47,715 bases of DNA from Candidatus Saccharibacteria bacterium UBA669 (GCA_002299795.1 DBNP01000005.1:1-47715); one strand, 5' to 3'. Shown: positions 30,623 to 39,662, counted from the stretch's first letter. Notes: a model not told the origin generated them from the sequence alone. Numbers and translations are program-made.

Positions 30623-30640
30623 CGTGGATAAAATCCTTTC

Positions 30641-30674
30641 TGCGGTAGTAGCGGCGAGTCTGTCGCCTCCCGTC
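30641..30674 (-). promoter_or_regulatory. probable L1-binding autoregulatory site
   Basis: GGGAGGCGA-CAGAC-TCGCCGCTACTACC resembles the 23S rRNA L1-binding element; adjacent to the rplA SD. Confidence 0.6.
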
Positions 30675-30728
30675 ATTGATTTGTAATGCTACGTATTATA
30701 GATTATTTTTGTAAGTTTGTCTAGGCAT

Positions 30729-30752
30729 AAAAATGCCCCTCCGAAGAGGGGC
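30729..30752 (-). terminator. intrinsic terminator
   Basis: GCCCCTC-TTCG-GAGGGGC-ATTTTT. Confidence 0.85.
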
Positions 30753-30761
30753 TGAAGCGAC

Positions 30762-31610
30762 CTATGAGGCCGGCTCCTCGAGGCTATAGATCTTGCACAT
30801 CGTGTCGAGCGCAGCGCGAACGTTGTCGAGTATGCGTTCGAGCAGCTGCTGGCGGTACTCGTCCGGCCGGTCGTAGATAACGAGCAGCGGTATCTGTGTT
30901 TGCAGGGCTTGATCGGCAAGTTCCTCGAGCACTTGTTTGTTGCGCCGGGTCTTGTAGCCGCTGTCTTCAAACCAGCCAAGGCGGGCGGCTTCGTCAACCG
31001 ACTTCGCGCGTTCGATCATCTTGCTGATCCAGGTATCGATGCTCGTGATGAGCTTGATTTGCTCGCGCGTCGCGCTGTGATTCAGCGGATCAGTCAGTAG
31101 CATGCTAATCGCGTGCTGGTGGCTGTCAAGACCGCGGGCATCCCAGAAGTGCGGGTGTGCAATCAGTGCGTTGTAGTTGTAGTAAATACGGTCAAACAAC
31201 TCGGGCGCACCGCAGAGCGCCAGCTGCTCGCGCAGTGTGGCCAGCAGTTCGGCTGGGCTATTTCCCCAAACAATCTTGTCGTCGGGTGTGTTGCTGAAGT
31301 ACTTGATCAGCTGGCTATTCAGACTCACGTCTACGAAGTTCTGCGGAAGATGGATCTCGAATGGCTCGCCGAGCTTCCAGGCGGTTTGATAGTGCACCGC
31401 GTCCGTGAGGCCATCCCACTGATCGAACGGCTCGTTGCCGGGATACGTGACGGTTATCCGGCGCGCACCCTGCGCGCCAACCTTTGCTGATGCAAACCGA
31501 ACAAACACCACGCCGTCTTTCTTCCAGACGGCAACCCAGCCAACGCGCTGTCCAGCCAGGTCAGCTGGCCATTCACGCACGATATCGATTTGAGCAACCG
31601 GAGCCACCAT
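30762..31610 (-). CDS. hypothetical cassette gene
   Basis: SD AAGAGGT, TGATATAAT promoter at about 31668, own terminator. Confidence 0.78.
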   Translation of the reverse strand: MVAPVAQIDIVREWPADLAGQRVGWVAVWKKDGVVFVRFASAKVGAQGARRITVTYPGNEPFDQWDGLTDAVHYQTAWKLGEPFEIHLPQNFVDVSLNSQLIKYFSNTPDDKIVWGNSPAELLATLREQLALCGAPELFDRIYYNYNALIAHPHFWDARGLDSHQHAISMLLTDPLNHSATREQIKLITSIDTWISKMIERAKSVDEAARLGWFEDSGYKTRRNKQVLEELADQALQTQIPLLVIYDRPDEYRQQLLERILDNVRAALDTMCKIYSLEEPAS

Positions 31611-31713
31611 TGCGTCAACCTCTTTTCGTTTCAAGGAGCACTTCACGAACGTGAAGCTTTGTAGATATTATATCATAGATCTGTAGAAAAACAACATTAA
31701 CCAATCCCATGCA

Positions 31714-31756
31714 CAATTGAAAATGCCCAGTTCTGCGGTGATGCAGAACTGGGCAA
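31714..31756 (-). terminator. long hairpin terminator
   Basis: 13-bp stem TGCCCAGTTCTGC/GCAGAACTGGGCA then TTTTCAATTG. Confidence 0.85.
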
Positions 31757-31767
31757 TGGTGGATGCG

Positions 31768-32055
31768 CTACGGCCGGTCGGGGCCGGCTTTGCGTACCGA
31801 CCTGGGCATGTGTCGCAGCTGCTTGAGCGCACGCTTCCAGGCCGCAGCCTGGTTGGGCGCACTTGCCGTGCGGCCGGCGAGCTCGTCGGCAAGCCCCTGA
31901 TAGTCATCAGGATCGCCGCCGAGTTGGGCCATCACCCCGGCATCGTGACGCTGGGCCAATCGCCTGCGCGAGTGAGCTCGCATCAGGATCGCTGTGCCGA
32001 GGAGCACTGCCCCACCGACGGCTGCGCCGCCGATCAGTTTGCTTCGCCGTTGCAT
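31768..32055 (-). CDS. small N-terminal-TM protein, cassette gene
   Basis: SD GAAGGGA, TATAAT upstream, GC-rich, own terminator. Confidence 0.7.
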   Translation of the reverse strand: MQRRSKLIGGAAVGGAVLLGTAILMRAHSRRRLAQRHDAGVMAQLGGDPDDYQGLADELAGRTASAPNQAAAWKRALKQLRHMPRSVRKAGPDRP

Positions 32056-32132
32056 ACTGAAGTTCCCTTCGTTGTCGTTGAGCGAGTAAGATAATTATAC
32101 TATAATTCACGATATTTTACCATAGCCATACG

Positions 32133-32160
32133 AAAAACACCTCCGACCGCTCGGGGGTGA
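32133..32160 (-). terminator. intrinsic terminator
   Basis: CACCCCCGA-GCGG-TCGGAGGTG-TTTTT. Confidence 0.75.
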
Positions 32161-32179
32161 TTCTTCGTCCTGCGTGGCG

Positions 32180-32419
32180 CTAGCTGACGCTAAGTAGCGT
32201 CCAGCCGGTGCCGCTCTGTCGCAAGCAGAAGCTCTGGCTGCCATCACTGATGGTGACGGTGCTCCAGATATTCTCACCACGACGGATGGTAGCGCGGATG
32301 CCACGGTCAACAAAGTTGTACGTGCGCCCGGCCCATTCCATACGCTTTGGAATTGGCTGCATATCGCGGCCAAACCCTACGGCGGTGACAGAAACAGGAC
32401 TGTAAATGTGATTGTTCAT
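32180..32419 (-). CDS. small beta-rich hypothetical protein
   Basis: SD AGGAG; P..MEW.GRTY pattern; own terminator. Confidence 0.75.
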   Translation of the reverse strand: MNNHIYSPVSVTAVGFGRDMQPIPKRMEWAGRTYNFVDRGIRATIRRGENIWSTVTISDGSQSFCLRQSGTGWTLLSVS

Positions 32420-32542
32420 AGCATACTCTCCTATGATATTACGTGTTTGTAAGTGGTGGAGTATGAACGACAAGACCGCTGACCTGCCCCACTTTACTAG
32501 CGAGAACAGCGTATGTCTGAAGTCGTGATAACGGTAGTGCAG

Positions 32543-32611
32543 TCAGACTGACCGAACTACGTGTGCATATATGGCCTGGCTGTGGAAATGCACGAGTGCA
32601 AGTACAACCAT
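32543..32611 (-). CDS. putative 22-aa leader peptide
   Basis: MVVLALVHFHSQAIYAHVVRSV* starts 11 nt after TACAAT. Confidence 0.35.
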   Translation of the reverse strand: MVVLALVHFHSQAIYAHVVRSV

Positions 32612-32701
32612 AACCTATATCTATTGTACGATAGGCTAGCTAATCATGGTCAAGACGATAATTGTAGTAATATTTATTGGCTATGCTAGACATTAGTAGG
32701 C

Positions 32702-33166
32702 ATGGAGCGGTACTATGACAATACAATGAATACTGTTGGTGGATATTTGGCCCCCGAGTGGTGCGACTGCGGCCCAGTGCGTCGTCTTATTGAGCATGCT
32801 GATGGCCTTGAGGTGGCAAAAAAGGCCGAGACTGACCTGGCGTTTAACCCGGCGACATTAGACCTTATAGTGGAACAGCTATGTGATGCCAGCGGCATCA
32901 GTGAGAGTGACGCCCGTGCCGTGGCGACGGAAAAACACGGTGATTTTTTGAAACTTGTGGCTGAGCAGCTCAATGCATTTGACGATGAGATAGCGACGAG
33001 TCAGTCGGTGTGCGAGAAGTTGACCGCAGAGTGCCCCGGGAGAATGCGCGTCCAGCAAACGGATGCGCTCGGACGCCGCGTGGTGCTCTATGTTTGCTCG
33101 TCACCACTTATTGATGCGCTCGATGGGAGCGGTGTGGAGCCTGTCGTCGTGGAGCGTATCAACTAG
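32702..33166 (+). CDS. hypothetical protein with Cys motifs
   Basis: CDC, C.....ECPG and VCSSP motifs; start uncertain. Confidence 0.7.
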   Translation: MERYYDNTMNTVGGYLAPEWCDCGPVRRLIEHADGLEVAKKAETDLAFNPATLDLIVEQLCDASGISESDARAVATEKHGDFLKLVAEQLNAFDDEIATSQSVCEKLTAECPGRMRVQQTDALGRRVVLYVCSSPLIDALDGSGVEPVVVERIN

Positions 33167-34065
33167 CCTGCGTAGTCGCCGCCGGTGATACCATAGTACT
33201 GCTCAAGTGTCTGAATACCCTTTGTTTTCATATCTTTTGCGACAGCCGTGCCGACGTAGCGCCAGTGCCAGGGCTCAGGTTCGTAGCCGGTAATGCTTGT
33301 GAGACCCTCTGGATAGCGTTGGATAAAGCCATAGTCAACCGCGTGTTCGGCTAGCCAGTAGTACTGGCTGCTGCCACTGAAACAGCTCAGCACGCAGCTG
33401 CCCGCTTTGACATCGACTGCGAGGCCGCTCTGGTGTTCGCTGTAGCCTGGTCGAGCGCTGTAGGTATCGGCCTGTATGCTGCCGCTGATACTCACCCAGT
33501 AGTTGTAGGTAGTAATTTGCGTAGTGTAGGAGCGATAGCTACTGCTGACGCCGAACCCTTGCCCCGCTACGGTAGCTGCTGTGGACATGGCCTGGAACTG
33601 CGTCGAAGCTTCGGCGCGCAGTAAAGTGCCCGCGGCATCGACTAGGTCGCTTGGTGCCCAGTCAAGTGGTGAAAAGCAATGTTTTTTGTTGACGACAACC
33701 TGTAGTGACTCGGGACTTTTGACGGCGCAATTTGTAGCGTTGGCCGTCGACGACAGCGGGACTTTTAGCGCTGTTTGTGCGGCGCGCGCCTTTGCATCAG
33801 CCTCGGCGCTAGCCCTGGCTTCGGCTTCGGCTTGACGAGCATCGTCGATACGCTTTTGCAGGGTTGCTTTCACCTGAGCATCGATTTTGGCAAATGCAAC
33901 TTTTTGATCAGCAGCGAGCTTCGTAGCTGCAGCCACCTGCTGATTGTTGCTATAGGCCAAAAATAGCAAACAAAGAGCTGCGGTAAGGGTCGGAATAAAG
34001 ATAATGAGCCAGTGACGGCGCACAAACGAGGGTGCACTGTGCGTGTGGCTACGGCGGTATCTCAT
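33163..34065 (-). CDS. M15B (VanY-like) D-Ala-D-Ala carboxypeptidase, membrane anchored
   Basis: VVNK, SSYRSY..Q, SARPGYSEHQSGLAVD, YGFI.RYP, EPWHWRY. Confidence 0.95.
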   Translation of the reverse strand: MRYRRSHTHSAPSFVRRHWLIIFIPTLTAALCLLFLAYSNNQQVAAATKLAADQKVAFAKIDAQVKATLQKRIDDARQAEAEARASAEADAKARAAQTALKVPLSSTANATNCAVKSPESLQVVVNKKHCFSPLDWAPSDLVDAAGTLLRAEASTQFQAMSTAATVAGQGFGVSSSYRSYTTQITTYNYWVSISGSIQADTYSARPGYSEHQSGLAVDVKAGSCVLSCFSGSSQYYWLAEHAVDYGFIQRYPEGLTSITGYEPEPWHWRYVGTAVAKDMKTKGIQTLEQYYGITGGDYAG

Positions 34066-34083
34066 GCGCCTAGTATACCTGAA

Positions 34084-34125
34084 AATGAAAACCCCCGCTC
34101 CGCGGTGCGGAACGGGGTGTGTGGG
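34084..34125 (-). terminator. hairpin terminator
   Basis: CCCCGTTCCGC-ACC-GCGGAGCGGGG then TTTTCATTTT. Confidence 0.8.
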
Positions 34126-34782
34126 TCAGGGCGTCGCGTCCTGTGGGCCCAGTGGGCTACGCTTCAGGTACGGTTCGTCCTGGTCCATTTGCCGGAAGAG
34201 CAGCCTGTCGATCTCTTCGTCAGACAGCGTGGGACCAGTACCTGCCAGGTCCCTCACTAAGGCCTTCAGTCCGGCTGTCAATGTGGAACGACGGCTGTAG
34301 AGCACGCGTGCGTTCTCGACGCCGATTTCGACGGCACTGACCATGCCGAGGGTTGTCACGACCGTGCCAACCTGTGAAGCAGGGTGCTTACGCACCAGCG
34401 ACGTTCCCGTCCTGAGCTGGCGAGCGCCAAGCCCAACCGAAATGAGGCTACCAATGACATTGCCCACCACGGCCGAGGTATCAAGATTCTTTGGGCCTGC
34501 TTCCGCTGCAACCGACGGATCCCGCCGCTGCAAGAGCCAGTAGGTGTTTGCCGCCATGGCGCCAAGGTTCAGTGTGGCCATAGCCGCATTACTGAATCGT
34601 CGACGTGGCGTCAGCGGCCGACTGTCTTTGACGCAGCACACGTCGTAGCCGCGCAATGCGCTTACGCTGCGTACGCCGATTGCGATCGCCGAAAATGTGA
34701 TACTTGTCACGAGGCGTCGGGTGCTGGTGCGCTTCCCCGATGCCGCCATCGAGTCTCTGAAGGTTTGAGCGTTGCTGGACAC
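34126..34782 (-). CDS. hypothetical membrane protein, cassette gene
   Basis: GTG start, SD GAAAGGGG, promoter TTGATG-17-TATAGT at 34831-34859, several hydrophobic segments. Confidence 0.72.
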   Translation of the reverse strand: MSSNAQTFRDSMAASGKRTSTRRLVTSITFSAIAIGVRSVSALRGYDVCCVKDSRPLTPRRRFSNAAMATLNLGAMAANTYWLLQRRDPSVAAEAGPKNLDTSAVVGNVIGSLISVGLGARQLRTGTSLVRKHPASQVGTVVTTLGMVSAVEIGVENARVLYSRRSTLTAGLKALVRDLAGTGPTLSDEEIDRLLFRQMDQDEPYLKRSPLGPQDATP

Positions 34783-34875
34783 AGGTGCCCCTTTCGATTG
34801 TAGGTGCTCGCGTGGTTACGCGTTTACAGTACTATATCACAAAAATAGATAAGCATCAAGTATGTAACACTGCAA

Positions 34876-34916
34876 ATTAAAAATCCCCCGCGCACCCAGT
34901 GTGGGTGCGCGGGGGT
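34876..34916 (-). terminator. long hairpin terminator
   Basis: 14-bp stem CCCCCGCGCACCCA/TGGGTGCGCGGGGG then ATTTTTAATT. Confidence 0.87.
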
Positions 34917-34922
34917 ATGTGC

Positions 34923-35207
34923 TCACTCGTCGCGGAATACCACGATGGGCTCGTCCACTGCAAAGACTCGCGCCACGTACGCGCGCAGGCGCGCCAAGAA
35001 CGTACTCGAGGTGTCGTTCGCGCGTTGAGCCATCAGCTCGGCGAATTCCCTACGTGCGTCTTCAAGCAACACGCTCAGCCGGCTGAAGAGTTCCTCGACA
35101 GCGGCCTTCGCCGCGTCGATCTGCTCGTTCGTGCTGAGTGGGTCAGACACGAGTGTGTCGAGCTCGCTCATTGCCTGCTGAAGCTTCTTGAGAGTTGGCT
35201 TGGACAT
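34923..35207 (-). CDS. small coiled-coil hypothetical, cassette gene
   Basis: SD GGAGG; promoter TTGACG-18-TACACT at 35257-35286. Confidence 0.72.
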   Translation of the reverse strand: MSKPTLKKLQQAMSELDTLVSDPLSTNEQIDAAKAAVEELFSRLSVLLEDARREFAELMAQRANDTSSTFLARLRAYVARVFAVDEPIVVFRDE

Positions 35208-35314
35208 GGAGTCCTCCATGGGGTACGTGCCGCAAGAATATGCGACGAGTCTGTGAAGTGTAGCATAGAGTTTTCAGTATCGTCAATCATAGGCGGTATG
35301 TGGCGCCATATAGC

Positions 35315-35342
35315 AAAACACCCCGGCAATGACCGAGGTGTT
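35315..35342 (-). terminator. rplK transcript terminator
   Basis: AACACCTCGGTCATTGCCGGGGTGTTTT. Confidence 0.75.
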
Positions 35343-35360
35343 CTATGGGGTAGCTAGCTG

Positions 35361-35582
35361 TTAGTCTGTGTGTGGCAGATCTTTGAGATATTTTTCTCGC
35401 TCCTCGGCGAGAGCGCTTGCTATCTCAACGGCGCGTGCGAGGTGGCCCTCGGCACGTCGGCGCTCTAGTGGATCGAGTGTATCGCCATGTTCGTTAAGAT
35501 ACGCCTCGATCGCTACGATGCGAGCTGCAGGGTTGTTACCGCTATGTGGCGCAAGATCTTGCCAGCCAGCAATCGCAGTCAT
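35361..35582 (-). CDS. 73-aa hypothetical coupled to rplK
   Basis: TAATG overlap with rplK stop; lies before the terminator. Confidence 0.65.
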   Translation of the reverse strand: MTAIAGWQDLAPHSGNNPAARIVAIEAYLNEHGDTLDPLERRRAEGHLARAVEIASALAEEREKYLKDLPHTD

Positions 35583-36007
35583 TAGTCGGTTACCTCGACA
35601 CCCATACTACGTGCGGTACCGGCGATAACTTTGACCGCTCCGTCCATGTCGATGGCGTTGAGCTGGTCCATCTTGGCGTTGGCAATTTCTTCAAGCTGTG
35701 CGCGAGTGATTTTGCCTACTTTGTCGGTGTGCGGCTTGCCGCTTCCCTTTTGGATACCGATAGCAGCGCGAATCATATCGTCAACAGGCTGCCCAAGGCT
35801 TTTCCAGGTGAACGTACGATCTTCGTACACTTTGATGTGCACGATGACATCTTTGCCCATGTCGCCCTTGGTTGCATCGTTAAACGGATTGATGAAATCC
35901 ATCATGTTGAGGCCCCACTGACCTAGTGTTGAGCCAACTGGAGGCCCAGCGGTTGCGCGCCCGGCAGGGATGCGTAGTTTCAAGTTACCAATAACTTGTT
36001 TTGCCAT
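35582..36007 (-). CDS. rplK: 50S ribosomal protein L11
   Basis: KL.IPAG.A...PPVG..LGQ.G.N, YEDRTF, IAGTARSMG. Confidence 0.98.
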   Translation of the reverse strand: MAKQVIGNLKLRIPAGRATAGPPVGSTLGQWGLNMMDFINPFNDATKGDMGKDVIVHIKVYEDRTFTWKSLGQPVDDMIRAAIGIQKGSGKPHTDKVGKITRAQLEEIANAKMDQLNAIDMDGAVKVIAGTARSMGVEVTD

Positions 36008-36127
36008 AAAATAGTTTCCTTTTGATTACTAAATATAATGTGAAGCAATATTTAGTGCGTAACAGCGGTGTATTATAGCCTAGACCGCGCTGAAATGCAA
36101 GCAGTGAGGAGGATGCACCGTCGGACT

Positions 36128-37195
36128 TTAGGTAATCACGATATGCGGATGGGGACTTTTGGTCGTGAGTTGGTCGAGCTCGGTCGCGGTGAGCCCGAGA
36201 CACTGGAGGACGCGTGGCGTATACCCAACGGCTAGTTCACTGCGCGGTAATTGGTCGAGCACATCGGCAAGCTCCCAGAGCACGGGACTACTCATGTCAA
36301 ACGTGGTGTGCTCTATGCGGCCCAGTCCTACCGCGAAGCGCACGGCTGGGCTACTAGGTGCAGCCGATAGGACTTGTTTGAGCGCCGGGACGACGGAATT
36401 GCGAGCAAAGCGTGCGACGGAGGGGCCAGACAGCCGGTCGTACTGTGGTGATGGAATTTCAAACGCAAAGGCCTGCCCGTCGCCAGTGGAACCAAGGAGC
36501 TGCCCGCCATGTGCTGCGACAAACTGGTGGTATAGTTCACCGTACACAGTGAGATGATCGCGCAGTCGTGGATACTGGGTGCGTGCCGCCTGCCGTGAGC
36601 CGGACATATCCCAGGCGACAACAAATGCGTTGGGTGTGGTAGGCACGTCGAGCAATAGCGCATCACTTACCGACTGGTTGGGATAGCGAGAGGCATAGTG
36701 GCGTAGCGTCGCGAGGTGTGGCAGACAGGTTGGCTCAACGCGCGCCCACTGCTGCTTGATCGTCGCGAGCTGTTCGGTCGTCGGCAGTCCGAGCCCTTTG
36801 GTGAATGCGAGCTGAAAAACGCTTGCTGCACGTACCCCGAGCTGCTCTGGGATATGAATGCCCGCAACGGCATGCTCGGTATTCATGGCGCTGTCCGCAA
36901 GCTCGTAGCGGCCAGTTGTAAACGTACTGCCAAGCGTTGAAACGCTCAGGTCAACTCGGCGTCCCGCGATGTGGTCGTGCTGGAACTGCAGACGTGTGCT
37001 CGATGCGGCTGGAGCATTTGCCTGGAGAATTGCACCGGCACTGTCTGGATGGTAAAGATCTTGCTGAAACAGCGCAAAGCCCTCAAATGACGGTATATCA
37101 TGAGCAATTTCAGCAGCAAGTGGCTGGATTGCCTCGCGAATTTGGCTGCGTACTGCGACCATGGTTGCACGGTCATGTGCGTCAAAGTGATGCAT
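36128..37195 (-). CDS. putative class III nucleotidyl cyclase-like protein with N-terminal sensor-like domain
   Basis: VVAWDMSGS, GGQLLGSTGDG and VRFAVGLG match the cyclase metal-binding D..D layout. Confidence 0.6.
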   Translation of the reverse strand: MHHFDAHDRATMVAVRSQIREAIQPLAAEIAHDIPSFEGFALFQQDLYHPDSAGAILQANAPAASSTRLQFQHDHIAGRRVDLSVSTLGSTFTTGRYELADSAMNTEHAVAGIHIPEQLGVRAASVFQLAFTKGLGLPTTEQLATIKQQWARVEPTCLPHLATLRHYASRYPNQSVSDALLLDVPTTPNAFVVAWDMSGSRQAARTQYPRLRDHLTVYGELYHQFVAAHGGQLLGSTGDGQAFAFEIPSPQYDRLSGPSVARFARNSVVPALKQVLSAAPSSPAVRFAVGLGRIEHTTFDMSSPVLWELADVLDQLPRSELAVGYTPRVLQCLGLTATELDQLTTKSPHPHIVIT

Positions 37196-37225
37196 AGTGT
37201 CTCGATTATACTCCACTTTTCCCTA

Positions 37226-37254
37226 TTGACAAAATCAACAAAGTGTGCTAGTAT
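37226..37254 (+). promoter_or_regulatory. sigma70 promoter driving a long non-coding leader
   Basis: TTGACA-17-TAGTAT with TG extension. Confidence 0.8.
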
Positions 37255-37511
37255 GGAATTAGCGTTATATCTTGCACACAAACACGTGTAGTTTAGTAAG
37301 GGGAAGAACATCGACGTTCTCTAGCGAATGCCATAACAAAAATCATAGGCACGGGAGAATCGTATTAAACATTGTTTTTGATTGTTTTACCCCTGAATCT
37401 ACAGGATGTAATGCAAGCTATACCAGGCGCCCCGTAGTCACAGTCGGGGGCTCGTACCACGCGAGGTATGGCGCTCGAGCGATACAATTTAATGGAAAGG
37501 ACAATTCGTAC

Positions 37512-37550
37512 ATGACAATACTTATGTTTGGCACAGTGGGCGTGGCGTAG
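37512..37550 (+). CDS. putative 12-aa uORF
   Basis: MTILMFGTVGVA* behind GAAAGGA. Confidence 0.35.
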   Translation: MTILMFGTVGVA

Positions 37551-37750
37551 TCCCTGTTTGTAAGGTACTTTCTATCTTGCAAGCATCTACCGCCTACCGT
37601 CACATCGGGCGATATCAAGATATTTTCAAGATTGATAGTAGCTTTAACTTACCGTGATCGATTGCAATCATCTCGGAACCCCGCGGATACTCGCTGGTTC
37701 TGTTTGACGTGCAGTTGACCACTCCAACAACAAAAACAAAGGAGTACACT

Positions 37751-39553
37751 ATGCTGTTTGCCGACCTGCGCACGATTATGCGCCAAATGCAATCCGACCC
37801 AACAATCGCTCCAGAACTACCCGTGGTAAAGCGTGCCATACGACGCGCGTTTCTATGGGAAGTGCTGAGCGAAGTCCTGCAAGTATTGCAGGCGGTTCCA
37901 GTCATGTTTTTCATGAATGAACTGGCGCACCCAAGCGCAAACACCCCACAAACGATCGGGCTGATTGCCCTTGCGATCGTCGTTCTTTTCAAACTCAGTC
38001 AAATCGTCGCCAATCGCATGGGGCTTCATCGCAATGATGTGTTTTGGGGCGCCTGGCGTGTATGGTGGGGATATGGCAATCGCCTACTCCTCCGACAAAG
38101 TACCGACTGGCACACCGCACACAGCACTGGCGAGAAGGACTCATTGATTGGCAAAAACATCACTCGTTTTCAAGAGCTGTTTGATGAAGCGCTGTTCAAC
38201 ACGATTCCCGTGCTGCTGCGTGTCACATTCACTACCATCTTCATGTTCTTCATTGGCTGGCAGGTTGGTATCGTTGCTGTAGTGACGATGCTTATCTACG
38301 GCCTTGTGCTCCGCCGCACCGAGCGCACTATGCGTGCGCACCGTGAGGAGTTTCAGGAGCAAATGAAGGCTGTCGAAGATAATGGAAGTGAGCTGACTCG
38401 TAACTGGCGAACGATTCGTACGCTCGGTCTCGAAGAGCGATTTAGTGACCACAACGAGCATATGCTGCGAGATTTTTGGCACAACGAACATCCGCGTCAC
38501 AAACAATGGACGAAGGGTATCGCGCGCCAAGACGACGTGCTGCTCATGAGTCGTGCAGTGCTCTACCTAGTGCTCGGGATCACCGCGTATCATTCGGGCG
38601 GGCTTGTCACGCTTGGAAGTGTGGCGCTTGCAACGAACTGGATGGAGCGTGCCTATAGTCACTACTGGCGCCTGATTGATTTTCAGCGATTGCTGGGCCG
38701 TGGCCAAGAGGCACTGCGCGAGCTAGTTGCCTTTCTCGCCACCAAGCCAACAGTTGTCAATACTGATGAGCCGCAGTGGCCAGGCGTCGTAACTGGCGCG
38801 GTGCAGTTTAGTAATGTGTCATTTGCCTACGCGGATAGCCATGATGATCATACGATCAGTGAGTTTAATCTGTCGGTACCGGCATACACATCGCTCGCGT
38901 TTGTGGGCGAAAGTGGCAGCGGAAAATCGACCCTGATGCGCCTGCTGGCTCGTGAGTACGATCCGTGTGGTGGTACCATCACGGTCGATGCTATCGACCT
39001 ACGTGATATCGATTACCAGCGGTACCGTCATGAGCTGATTGCAGTTGTCAGCCAAACGATTGAGCTATTCAATCGCACGGTTGCCGATAACATTCGGATT
39101 GCTCGCCCCCATGCGAGCGATCAGGAAGTTGAGCAAGCGGCACGCGCTGCCGGCGCGCACGAGTTCATCATGAACATGCCCCATGGCTACAATAGCCGAG
39201 TCGGCGAGGACGGTATTCAGCTGAGCGGTGGGCAGCGACAACGTCTCGCGATTGCCCGGGCGCTTATCATGGAGCCAGCAATTCTGATTCTGGATGAAGC
39301 GACTTCGGCACTTGATGCAATGAGCCAGGCTGAAGTGCAGCAGACGATTGATGATCTGATGAAGCGACGAGTGTGTACGGTCTTTGTGATCGCGCACCGG
39401 CTAAGCACCATCCGTGATGCTGATCGTATCGTCGTGATGGATGGTGGCTGCGTGTCGGCAATCGGCTCACATGACGAACTGTTTAGAACGAGTGCCATTT
39501 ACCAGCGTATGAATGGCCTCGAGCATGGCCGTCAACTCCAGCGTGTTGGATAA
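37751..39553 (+). CDS. ABC exporter, fused TMD-NBD half transporter
   Basis: GESGSGKST, LSGGQRQR, LILDEATSALD, IAHRLST; SD AAAGGAG. Confidence 0.95.
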   Translation: MLFADLRTIMRQMQSDPTIAPELPVVKRAIRRAFLWEVLSEVLQVLQAVPVMFFMNELAHPSANTPQTIGLIALAIVVLFKLSQIVANRMGLHRNDVFWGAWRVWWGYGNRLLLRQSTDWHTAHSTGEKDSLIGKNITRFQELFDEALFNTIPVLLRVTFTTIFMFFIGWQVGIVAVVTMLIYGLVLRRTERTMRAHREEFQEQMKAVEDNGSELTRNWRTIRTLGLEERFSDHNEHMLRDFWHNEHPRHKQWTKGIARQDDVLLMSRAVLYLVLGITAYHSGGLVTLGSVALATNWMERAYSHYWRLIDFQRLLGRGQEALRELVAFLATKPTVVNTDEPQWPGVVTGAVQFSNVSFAYADSHDDHTISEFNLSVPAYTSLAFVGESGSGKSTLMRLLAREYDPCGGTITVDAIDLRDIDYQRYRHELIAVVSQTIELFNRTVADNIRIARPHASDQEVEQAARAAGAHEFIMNMPHGYNSRVGEDGIQLSGGQRQRLAIARALIMEPAILILDEATSALDAMSQAEVQQTIDDLMKRRVCTVFVIAHRLSTIRDADRIVVMDGGCVSAIGSHDELFRTSAIYQRMNGLEHGRQLQRVG

Positions 39554-39567
39554 GAGATCAGCGCAAA

Positions 39568-39600
39568 AGCCCCGCATCGACATGATGCGGGGTGTTTTAT
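39568..39600 (+). terminator. intrinsic terminator
   Basis: CCCCGCATC-GACAT-GATGCGGGG-TGTTTT. Confidence 0.8.
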
Positions 39601-39605
39601 GTTGC

Positions 39606-39662
39606 AAAATAAAAGCGGACAGCACAGGGCGCAGATTGTATCTGCATCCCTGTGCCGCCCGT
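39606..39662 (-). terminator. long imperfect hairpin terminator
   Basis: CGGGCGGCACAGGGATGCAGAT..ATCTGCGCCCTGTGCTGTCCG then CTTTTATTTT. Confidence 0.78.

Noticed and set aside
37260-37750. tmRNA, RNase P, SRP, T-box or cobalamin riboswitch
   Set aside because: No tRNA-like ends, GAGGAAAGTCC, SRP loop or proper TGGNACCGCG motif found.
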